Below are positions 27,474 to 35,431 of a stretch of DNA of 64,000 nt, one piece after another (within the stretch, counting starts at the first letter, position 1; each line of letters opens with the position of its first letter). The notes under the pieces were generated by a model, which had not been told where the DNA came from, made no database searches, and worked only from the letters and a program-made list of their open reading frames with translations. The DNA is from Candidatus Falkowbacteria bacterium (GTDB lineage Bacteria > Patescibacteriota > Patescibacteriia > Patescibacteriales > UBA12465): positions 353,188 through 417,187 of the forward strand of contig JBAXJX010000001.1 of NCBI GenBank assembly GCA_037137655.1, written 5' to 3'. The position numbers and the translations under genes were made by a program.

Positions 27474-28019
27474 ATGGCCAAACAAACTCTAAACCAGGGG
27501 CGCCGCTGGTACGTTTTACACACCTACTCCGGTTATGAAGAAAACGTTGCCCGCAACTTAAGACAAAGAGTAGAAACTTTGGACATGGGCAATAAAATCT
27601 TCAGCGTTTTAGTTCCAACTGAAAAGAAAACTAAAATTAAAAACGGCAAACGTCGTATTATTGAAGAAAAGATCTTCCCTGGCTATGTCTTAGTAGAAAT
27701 GGAAGTGACTGACGAATCTTGGTATGTTGTTCGTAACACTCCAAATGTTACCGGTTTCATCGGCGTTGGTTCAACTCCAGTGCCAATTGGCGACGAAGAA
27801 GTTAAAGCTCTTAAGAAAAGAATGGGTGAAGAAGAACCAAGATTTAAAATCGACGTGGTCATGGGTGATGTGGTTAGAATTACTGAAGGTCCATTTAAAA
27901 ACTTGGAGGGTAAAATTACCAACATTGATGAAGCAAAAGGTAAAATCAAAGTTAACGTTTCTATGTTTGGTCGTGAAACTCCAGTCGAATTAGATTTCCT
28001 ACAAATTAAAAAAATATAA
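27474..28019 (+). CDS. nusG: Transcription termination/antitermination factor NusG
   Basis: RWYVLHTYSGYEENV NGN domain and KOW motif GDVVRITEGPFKNLEGKI. Confidence 0.95.
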   Translation: MAKQTLNQGRRWYVLHTYSGYEENVARNLRQRVETLDMGNKIFSVLVPTEKKTKIKNGKRRIIEEKIFPGYVLVEMEVTDESWYVVRNTPNVTGFIGVGSTPVPIGDEEVKALKKRMGEEEPRFKIDVVMGDVVRITEGPFKNLEGKITNIDEAKGKIKVNVSMFGRETPVELDFLQIKKI

Positions 28020-28072
28020 TAAATTTATTTTCGTTCTGTTAAAACAGGCTTCTACGAAAATATAAAATTAAT

Positions 28073-28495
28073 ATGGCAAAGAAAATTAAAACAATTATCA
28101 AATTACAGATCGTCGGCGGCCAAGCTAATCCAGCTCCTCCAGTCGGTCCAGCTTTAGGTCAACATGGTCTTAACATTCAAGAATTTTGTCAAAAATTCAA
28201 CGAAAAGACTAAGGATAAAATGGGTGACATCGTTCCAGTAGAAATTACTGTTTACGAAGATCGTACTTATGATTTTATCACTAAAACTGCTCCAGCATCA
28301 GAGCTTATCAAAAAAGCCGCTGGTATTAAGAGTGGTTCAGGTAAACCATTGACTACTAAAGTTGGTTCTATTACTGAAGATCAATTACGCGCGATTGCTG
28401 AAACAAAAATGCCCGATTTAAACGCAACTAGTATTGAAGGCGCTATGAAAATTATTGCCGGTACTGCTCGTCAAATGGGTGTTGAAATAAAATAA
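28073..28495 (+). CDS. rplK: 50S ribosomal protein L11
   Basis: [30 protein letters not shown]. Confidence 0.97.
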   Translation: MAKKIKTIIKLQIVGGQANPAPPVGPALGQHGLNIQEFCQKFNEKTKDKMGDIVPVEITVYEDRTYDFITKTAPASELIKKAAGIKSGSGKPLTTKVGSITEDQLRAIAETKMPDLNATSIEGAMKIIAGTARQMGVEIK

Positions 28496-28552
28496 TAAAA
28501 TTAATTGTGGGAGAAAAATCATTTTAATGTTTTCGCTCGCACCACGAAAATT

Positions 28553-29260
28553 ATGTCAAAAGAAAAAGTAGAAAAAAAAGTTGAGAAAAAAGTTGCTAAA
28601 GTTGTTGACTTTGGTTTCGACAAAAACAAAAATTATTCTATCGCTGAAGCTATCGCTTTAGTAAAGAAAAATAGTAAAGTAAAATTCGACGCTTCAGTTG
28701 AAGTTCATTTCCGTCTTGGTATCGATCCAAGAAAAGGTGAACAACAAGTTCGTGGCGCTGTTTCCCTACCTCATGGTACAGGTAAAACTGTTAAAGTTGC
28801 TGCTTTCGTTAGCCCTTCAAATGAACAGGCTTGTCGCGATGCTGGTGCTGACTATGTTGGTGGCGAAGAATTAATTGCTGAAATCAAAAAGACTGAAAAA
28901 ACTGACTTCGCAGTGGCTGTAGCTGAACCAGATATGATGAGAAATTTAGCTCAAATAGCTAAAATTCTTGGTACTCGTGGTTTAATGCCTTCACCAAAAA
29001 ACGACACTGTTACTGCTGACCCAGCTAAAGCTGTGGCCGAATTAAAGAAAGGTAAAGTTAGTTTCAAAAATGATGATTCCGGTAATATCCATTCTTTGAT
29101 TGGTAAAGTTAGTTTCGATGATGCTAAATTATTAGAAAACTACAATATCATGTTAGATACTATTAAGAAATCAAAACCAAGCTCTTCCAAGGGTGTTTAC
29201 ATCAAAAACATCAGTGTAAGTTCTTCTATGGGGCCTGGCGTGAAAGTTTCACTTTCTTAA
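28553..29260 (+). CDS. rplA: 50S ribosomal protein L1
   Basis: YSIAEAIALVKK..KFDASVEVHFRLGIDPRKGEQQVRG. I chose the ATG at 28553. The track ORF starts at a TTG at 28505, inside a structured spacer. Confidence 0.93.
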   Translation: MSKEKVEKKVEKKVAKVVDFGFDKNKNYSIAEAIALVKKNSKVKFDASVEVHFRLGIDPRKGEQQVRGAVSLPHGTGKTVKVAAFVSPSNEQACRDAGADYVGGEELIAEIKKTEKTDFAVAVAEPDMMRNLAQIAKILGTRGLMPSPKNDTVTADPAKAVAELKKGKVSFKNDDSGNIHSLIGKVSFDDAKLLENYNIMLDTIKKSKPSSSKGVYIKNISVSSSMGPGVKVSLS

Positions 29261-29271
29261 TCGACTCACAT

Positions 29272-29307
29272 AAAAAAACACCTCGCAAATTGCGAGGTGT
29301 TTTTTTA
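29272..29307. terminator. Bidirectional terminator
   Basis: aaaaaaacacctcgc-aaatt-gcgaggtgttttttt. Perfect 9-bp stem. Confidence 0.8.
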
Positions 29308-29317
29308 TTGTAGTTTC

Positions 29318-29920
29318 TTATTTATTTTGACCATTCTGGAATTCTTTCATGCCATTTTTCAACTCCGCCATTTCTTTTTTCAACTCCACCACTTCAGCTC
29401 TTAAGCCTTCAACTTCTTTTTTCAACTCCGCTATTCTTATTTCACGATCAATCATAAAACTATTTACTTTCTCCAATTCGGCAATTTTCAATTTCAAATC
29501 TTCTTTTGACTTATTTAACTCCTCTTCGGCTTTTTTACGCTCAGTAATATCACGAATAGTTCCTTCGACATAAATAATTACCCCTTTATCATCTTTAACA
29601 ATATGACTGGAGACTGAAACGGGCACGTGCCGGCCATTTTTATGCAATAAAGTTAATTCATAATCATAAACAACACCACTGACAAATAATTTTTTCATGA
29701 AAACTTCGCGCTGGGCTGGCTCAGCGTAGAGATCAGTAACTGGGTGTCCAATTAATTCTTCTGGTTTCCATCCCGATAAAACAAAACAAGAGCGAGAAAG
29801 ATTAGTAATAATTCCCTGTCCATCAGCCTGATAATAAAGATCTACAAAATTATCTAAGATGCTTTGATAATTTTCATCTTCTTGGCGCAATTGAACTTCT
29901 AAATTTTTATCATTTTTCAT
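29318..29920 (-). CDS. PAS-domain protein with C-terminal coiled coil and no output domain
   Basis: PAS core (GIITNLSRSCFVLSGWKPEELIGHPVTDLY..HKNGRHVPVSVSSHIV..EGTIRDITERKKAEEEL), then about 60 aa of heptad-rich tail. Confidence 0.7.
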   Translation of the reverse strand: MKNDKNLEVQLRQEDENYQSILDNFVDLYYQADGQGIITNLSRSCFVLSGWKPEELIGHPVTDLYAEPAQREVFMKKLFVSGVVYDYELTLLHKNGRHVPVSVSSHIVKDDKGVIIYVEGTIRDITERKKAEEELNKSKEDLKLKIAELEKVNSFMIDREIRIAELKKEVEGLRAEVVELKKEMAELKNGMKEFQNGQNK

Positions 29921-29947
29921 ATAGAAAAATTAAATTAAAATTATAAA

Positions 29948-30721
29948 TTAAAATAAAATAAACATAATCAATAATAAACCTAAAATAATACGGTAAATAC
30001 CGAAAGCTTTAAAATCATGCTTTCGAATATAAGCCATTAAAAATTTAATCACTCCTAAGGCCACAACGAAAGCCACTAATGAGCCAATCACCAATAACTC
30101 ACCTTGATTAACTGTGATTGCACCAGCGCTCTTATAGAGGTCTAGCAACGAGGCAGCCAGTATAGTTGGCACAGCCAATAGGAAAGAAAATTCTACTACT
30201 GTTTCGCGCTTTAAACCCATCCCCAAACCGCCAATAATAGTCGCCGCCGAACGGGAGACACCAGGGATAATAGCAATTGATTGAAACAAACCTAAAAACA
30301 AACATTGTTTATAAGAAATTTTCTCCGGATCGTTCTTAGCGAAAAACTTTTTGGCATAATACAATTCGAATAAAATAATTGCACAACCACCAATTAGCAG
30401 ACTCCAAGCCATGAGCATGAAAGTGCTTAATAAAAATGTTTTAAGAATATGATACATTAACAAACCAATAATAGCTGTTGGGATAAAAGCCACAATTAAT
30501 TTTTTAATCATTTCCAAGTGCCAAAACTTTTTCCAAAAAACTACTAGTACCGCTAAAATCGCACCAAGCTGAATAAAAATCTCAAAAGTCTTAGAAAAAT
30601 TATCACTTGGGATATGTAAAATAAAATTGGAAAATAAAGCCAAATGCGCCGTAGAAGAGATTGGCAAAAATTCCGTTAAACCCTCAATTACACCCAAAAT
30701 TAAAGCGTGAATAACGTTCAT
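29948..30721 (-). CDS. uppP: Undecaprenyl-diphosphate phosphatase
   Basis: GVIEGLTEFLPISSTAHL and PGVSRSAATI motifs. Polytopic. Confidence 0.9.
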   Translation of the reverse strand: MNVIHALILGVIEGLTEFLPISSTAHLALFSNFILHIPSDNFSKTFEIFIQLGAILAVLVVFWKKFWHLEMIKKLIVAFIPTAIIGLLMYHILKTFLLSTFMLMAWSLLIGGCAIILFELYYAKKFFAKNDPEKISYKQCLFLGLFQSIAIIPGVSRSAATIIGGLGMGLKRETVVEFSFLLAVPTILAASLLDLYKSAGAITVNQGELLVIGSLVAFVVALGVIKFLMAYIRKHDFKAFGIYRIILGLLLIMFILF

Positions 30722-30728
30722 AGTTTTT

Positions 30729-32129
30729 TTATTTTAAATTATCTTTTAAGTAGTTTTTTAAATCCGCAATTTTAATTCTTGATTGCTGCATAGTGTCGCG
30801 ATCACGAATCGTTACATCATCGCCCTCTAAACTATCGAAATCGATTGTTAAACAATATGGTGTACCAATTTCATCTTGGCGACGGTAGCGTTTACCAATA
30901 TTACCATTATCGTCAAACTCGCACATAAATTCCGAGCGCAAAGACATATAAACCTCACGGGCCTTTGCCACTAAATCTGGTTTATTTTTTAACAATGGGA
31001 AAATTGCCACTTTTACCGGGGCTAAATGTTTCGGGAATTTCAAAACCGTACGCATTTCCCCATTTTCTAAAGTTTCTTCACAATAAGCTTTATCAATAAA
31101 CATGTACATCAAACGATTCAAACCAACAGAAGTTTCCACCACATTTGGCACATATCGAGTTTTTGTAGTCTCATCAAAATAACTCAAATCCACACCAGAG
31201 AATTTACCGTGTTGTGATAAATCCCAATCACCGCGAGCATGAATACCTTCCACTTCTTTAAAGCCACCAAGGGATCTAAAATTATATTCCACATCATAAG
31301 CCTCACTGGCATAATGCGCCAATTTTTCGTGTTTATACCAACGAATATCTTCGGCGGCGATGCCATTAGCTAAATACCAGTTCCAACGAATTTCACGCCA
31401 TTCATCATATTTTGCTTTCAAAGCATCTGGCGCTAAGAAATACTGCATTTCCATTTGTTCAAATTCGCGAGTCCGAAAAACAAATTGACGGGCCACAATT
31501 TCATTGCGGAATGCCTTACCAACTTGAGCCACACCAAAAGGTAATTTAGAGGTCACCGAGTCTAATGTATTTTTATATTGCAAGTAAATACCACCGCAAG
31601 TTTCTGGGCGTAAGTAAACCACATTTTCTTCAGACAAAGCATCGGTTGGTGAGCCTAAGTTTGATTTCACCATCAAAGAGAAACGCTTGGCCGGAGTCAA
31701 ATCAGCCGAACCACAATTCGGACAAACTAATTTCTTTTGATCACGCAATTTATCTAATTCGGTATTTACAAATTCAATTGATTGTTTATCAGCGTTAATG
31801 CCAAAATCTTCCAATAAATGATCAGCTCTAAAACGACTTTTGCATTTGCGACAATCAACTTGCGGGTCATCAAAACTAGCAATATGTCCACTGGCTTCCC
31901 AAGTTTTTGGATGCATAAAAATGGCACTATCAAGACCAACCACATCTTCTCTTTCCTGGATCATAGCGCGCCACCAAGAATCGCGAATATTATTTTTCAA
32001 CAATACGCCGTAATGACCATAATCATAAATACCGCCCAAACCGCCATAAATTTCCGATGATGGAAATATAAAGCCTCGGCGCTTACAAAGTGACACAATT
32101 TTTTCAATACCTTCCAGTGATTTATCCAT
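30729..32129 (-). CDS. glyQS: Glycine--tRNA ligase (single-chain, alpha2 type)
   Basis: RRGFIFPSSEIYGGLGGIYDYGHYG N-terminus, class II motifs, and an anticodon-binding C-domain. 466 aa. Confidence 0.95.
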   Translation of the reverse strand: MDKSLEGIEKIVSLCKRRGFIFPSSEIYGGLGGIYDYGHYGVLLKNNIRDSWWRAMIQEREDVVGLDSAIFMHPKTWEASGHIASFDDPQVDCRKCKSRFRADHLLEDFGINADKQSIEFVNTELDKLRDQKKLVCPNCGSADLTPAKRFSLMVKSNLGSPTDALSEENVVYLRPETCGGIYLQYKNTLDSVTSKLPFGVAQVGKAFRNEIVARQFVFRTREFEQMEMQYFLAPDALKAKYDEWREIRWNWYLANGIAAEDIRWYKHEKLAHYASEAYDVEYNFRSLGGFKEVEGIHARGDWDLSQHGKFSGVDLSYFDETTKTRYVPNVVETSVGLNRLMYMFIDKAYCEETLENGEMRTVLKFPKHLAPVKVAIFPLLKNKPDLVAKAREVYMSLRSEFMCEFDDNGNIGKRYRRQDEIGTPYCLTIDFDSLEGDDVTIRDRDTMQQSRIKIADLKNYLKDNLK

Positions 32130-32191
32130 ATTAAATACATTAATTATTATGCTTATAGATTATCAATATTTACCAAAAAAGACAAGTAATT

Positions 32192-32228
32192 AAACAAAAA
32201 AGCCAGTCGGATTTCCGACTGGCTCTTT
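32192..32228 (-). terminator. Rho-independent terminator after the major pilin gene
   Basis: Perfect 10-bp stem agccagtcgg/ccgactggct with loop attt. On the minus strand it is followed by ttttttgttt. Confidence 0.8.
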
Positions 32229-32239
32229 TAAAAGGAGTA

Positions 32240-32695
32240 TTATCTAGTAACACTAATTGTTTGTGCTACACCAGAAATTGCTTCAGCCCCTGGAGCAGTA
32301 ACTGTAATACGGCTACTTGTAGTTTTGATTACAGTGTAACCAGTACTAGTAACTGAATAAGAGATTGGATCATAAGGCATAGCAACTAAATAAGTTGAGC
32401 TAGCAGTTAACACTGACAAATCAACTAAACCAGTGCAAGATTGACCAGTTTGACAAATTGTTGAAGTAGCCGAAGATGTTGGAATTGTTGATGGAAAACT
32501 ACCGTTATCAATGTTGTATTGATAAATTGCATTCAAAATCGTGTTTACATCCATTTTGCGTTGTGAGTTGCGAGTAGCAGCTAACTGACGATTTGGATTA
32601 ATCGCTAAAATAACGATACCGGCTAAGATTGCAATCATAGCAACAACTAACAAGATTTCTAACAACGTAAAACCTGCTTGGCTTTTTGTTTTCAT
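32240..32695 (-). CDS. Type IV pilin (candidate major pilin)
   Basis: Class III signal MKTKSQAG|FTLLEILLVVAMIAILAGIV (G-1, F+1, E+5). 151 aa. Last gene of the pilus operon, with its own strong terminator. Confidence 0.85.
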   Translation of the reverse strand: MKTKSQAGFTLLEILLVVAMIAILAGIVILAINPNRQLAATRNSQRKMDVNTILNAIYQYNIDNGSFPSTIPTSSATSTICQTGQSCTGLVDLSVLTASSTYLVAMPYDPISYSVTSTGYTVIKTTSSRITVTAPGAEAISGVAQTISVTR

Positions 32696-32738
32696 AATTT
32701 TTGAAAAATTATTTTTATTAAATTATAGGTTTCAAAAT

Positions 32739-33167
32739 TTAATCTGAGACCTCTAACCACGAAACAATGTTAATCGTGGGATCTATTTGATTTATTAAAA
32801 TAGTTGTTTTACGCACCAGAATTCCAACAGTACTCGAAGCAACAATCGTGCGATTTGTGCCGCCAGTATTAGTAACGGTATATCCACAAGTGCCTTGACC
32901 TAAGGTGATAGTGGCACTACCAGTAAACGATGATGATTCCCTGATTTTCTCCAATGCTTCTTCGGTGCAAGCGTTCGTCAATCCTTTAGATTGGTCAGCC
33001 TGACCAACCGTAAAACTGGTACGCGATGATGCTAAGCCTAATAATAAGAGTGAGGCGGTAATAGCGACACCGATAGCGGAGACTACTAATACGCTCAACA
33101 AGGCAACATAAGCATTTAACTCATTATAACATTTTTTAGTTTTATCTACAAATATTTTCATAGTCAA
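32739..33167 (-). CDS. Pilus-associated protein with N-terminal TM helix but no prepilin cleavage motif (PilX-N/ComGG-like position)
   Basis: YVALLSVLVVSAIGVAITASLLLLGL anchor, then a small Thr/Gly-rich domain. Embedded between pilin genes. Confidence 0.4.
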   Translation of the reverse strand: MTMKIFVDKTKKCYNELNAYVALLSVLVVSAIGVAITASLLLLGLASSRTSFTVGQADQSKGLTNACTEEALEKIRESSSFTGSATITLGQGTCGYTVTNTGGTNRTIVASSTVGILVRKTTILINQIDPTINIVSWLEVSD

Positions 33168-33176
33168 AAAATAAAA

Positions 33177-33680
33177 TTAACGTAAAGCCGCTGAACTTAT
33201 AAAAGTTTTAGTAAAGTTATATTCATTACGCCCCGAAGTATTAACACTACTTAAAGTAAATTGAATACGCACACCACCGGGCGTTGATGAGGATCGTGAT
33301 AAATTTAAGAATAACAAATTCGAAGCCAAGACACGACCATTATTTAAATCAACTGCCGCTGTACTAGATTCAGTCATTCTAATTGTGCTACTCGCTAAAT
33401 AAAAAACCGTTGGTGTGGTAGTAGTAATATAAGTATTTACCGACAAAGTTGAGGAGCTAGTTCCAATGCTTGGTGCATTAATGATAGTAGCATTACGCGT
33501 TGTTTGGGTAATAATTTGCATCACCTGCAATCCTTGTTGTTCTACCTCGGCAATGGTTTGATTTTTAATGCGCGCTTCTAACAACATAGCCATAAAAAAA
33601 GACACCGCCAACATTAAAATTGAAGTAATCGCGATATATAATAAAATTTCTAACAAGGTAAAACCTGATTTATTTTTCAT
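33177..33680 (-). CDS. Minor (pseudo)pilin
   Basis: MKNKSG|FTLLEILLYIAITSIL. The ATG at 33678-33680 lies 1 nt after the stop of the upstream gene. Confidence 0.8.
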   Translation of the reverse strand: MKNKSGFTLLEILLYIAITSILMLAVSFFMAMLLEARIKNQTIAEVEQQGLQVMQIITQTTRNATIINAPSIGTSSSTLSVNTYITTTTPTVFYLASSTIRMTESSTAAVDLNNGRVLASNLLFLNLSRSSSTPGGVRIQFTLSSVNTSGRNEYNFTKTFISSAALR

Positions 33681-33681
33681 A

Positions 33682-35430
33682 TTAATCCCAAGTAAAATCA
33701 TACCAAAAATCAGTATCAGCTGAACCGGTACCAACATGGGCCGTTAAAGCTTTACCAACTGGCGTGGTGTACATTAAATTAGTTGCCCCGTTCCAAACAG
33801 CACTGAATAATTGTTGATTAGTATTGGCAAACAAGGCCATAATGTCATTACTCAAAATATCAGGAATAAGTCGTGTCGTTAATGTTTGTGATCCCAGCCC
33901 AGAAATTAAAGTAGCGGCACTATCCCAAGTAGCCGTAGAAGTATTATATTTTTTCAAAAAACCAGCCGTAGTGGATGACAAATCACCAAAAATGGCAATG
34001 GCTGGGCCACCATTAGTATAAGGATAAGCCAAGGCGTTGCTAAGCTGAACACCATTATCAGTTCCAGAGACAGATGTTAAAACATTATTGGTCGGTACGG
34101 TAATTGTGGGTGTAAAATCATTTTTAAAACAAACGATTCTAGCCTGAGCAGCAGCATCCTTATTACAGAAAATAAATTCATTAGCTTTAGGATTGGCCGC
34201 AATACTTAGAGCGCCAATATTATTTGTTTGAGTTGCAGTTATTGTCGACGAACTCCAAGTACCGCCACCGCTACCATTGGCCGTAAAAATCTGGGCGGCA
34301 ATATTCTTATTATTACCACCTCTATAAACTAAGCCGCCGATAAGCGGACTATTTGGACTCCAAGTAAAATCAATTTCCTTCTCAGTGTTTATCACGCCGT
34401 TAACATCATGAATAGGGTGGAGCGTCCAAGTGCTACCATTAAAATACTCCGTATCAGCATCTTTGTTTTGATCATAAATAGCTACCATTACTTCATTGGT
34501 TCCTGGCCGATTACGCGCGATAATAAAATTAGGAATGCCGCCGCCATTACCAGACAAATCCGCTAAATTACTTTGTGAGCCCCAAGATGAACCGCTCCAA
34601 ACTACATATTTTGGTATTGTGGCATTATCCGAATAGATGGCCATGAAATTACCATTCGCCAAATAAGCGCCATCAAAGTTTTTGACATCAAGAAAATTTT
34701 TGTTTGTGATAGTGGAAAGAGCTTTAACATTTCCCCAGGTTGAAGTTGTGCCGTTATAAACTTGAGCGTAAAGATATTGAAAAGTACCATCGTAGTGACG
34801 CGAAATAACAATTTTTTCATTCCGGGTCGGCGAAGAATAAACCCTGATGGCGCGAGCATAACGATTAGTCGAAACATCAATATCAGCCAAAGATGAAGTT
34901 GCACTCCAGACACCAGCCGCACTAAATGTTTTAGACCACATTATATCATTTGTAATACCACCAGCACTATAAACCAACATACCGCCGTGACCAACCGGGG
35001 CTGAAGCCACTTGCCAATTAGTTAAATAAGTAACTAAAGAAATTGAGCCACTTCTCTGTCCATTTTGCATCCAAGTAACCGTACTAGTCACCATTTTGCG
35101 ATTAGCACTAATTGTACCAACAGAAATTTGGCGCGTAAAAACACCCAGATTATCCGGAGTAGTAGTTAAGCTCCATTGATTACTAGAAGTTGATAAATAA
35201 TACGTCCCATCAACTAAATTAGTAAAACTAGCATCACGAATGTTACGTGCTGCTTCCAAACCTTCCTCGGCCAACATATTGGCGTGTTCACGACCACCAG
35301 CTAGTGAAGTTGATTCTTCGCCATAAAGAAAACCGCTAACCAAAACTGTCACCATAATAACAAAAATTGAAGCGGCTAGTAAGGCCTCAACTGTCGAAAA
35401 TCCTGTCTTTTTATGTAAAATATTTTTCAT
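33682..35430 (-). CDS. Large pilin-like protein, paralogue 1 (582 aa): prepilin N-terminus + repeat (propeller-like) domain
   Basis: MKNILHKKTG|FSTVEALLAASIFV. About 8 repeats of roughly 50-55 aa ending in [YFW]NG..[ST]W-type turns. C-terminus DFWYDFTWD. I chose the internal ATG at 35428-35430, so the track ORF extension to 35553 is rejected. Confidence 0.75.
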   Translation of the reverse strand: MKNILHKKTGFSTVEALLAASIFVIMVTVLVSGFLYGEESTSLAGGREHANMLAEEGLEAARNIRDASFTNLVDGTYYLSTSSNQWSLTTTPDNLGVFTRQISVGTISANRKMVTSTVTWMQNGQRSGSISLVTYLTNWQVASAPVGHGGMLVYSAGGITNDIMWSKTFSAAGVWSATSSLADIDVSTNRYARAIRVYSSPTRNEKIVISRHYDGTFQYLYAQVYNGTTSTWGNVKALSTITNKNFLDVKNFDGAYLANGNFMAIYSDNATIPKYVVWSGSSWGSQSNLADLSGNGGGIPNFIIARNRPGTNEVMVAIYDQNKDADTEYFNGSTWTLHPIHDVNGVINTEKEIDFTWSPNSPLIGGLVYRGGNNKNIAAQIFTANGSGGGTWSSSTITATQTNNIGALSIAANPKANEFIFCNKDAAAQARIVCFKNDFTPTITVPTNNVLTSVSGTDNGVQLSNALAYPYTNGGPAIAIFGDLSSTTAGFLKKYNTSTATWDSAATLISGLGSQTLTTRLIPDILSNDIMALFANTNQQLFSAVWNGATNLMYTTPVGKALTAHVGTGSADTDFWYDFTWD

Positions 35431-35431
35431 A

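Noticed and set aside
27683-27993. ORFs 27683-27949(-) and 27724-27993(+) overlapping nusG.
   Set aside because: NusG is unambiguous in its own frame. The alternatives have no recognisable features.
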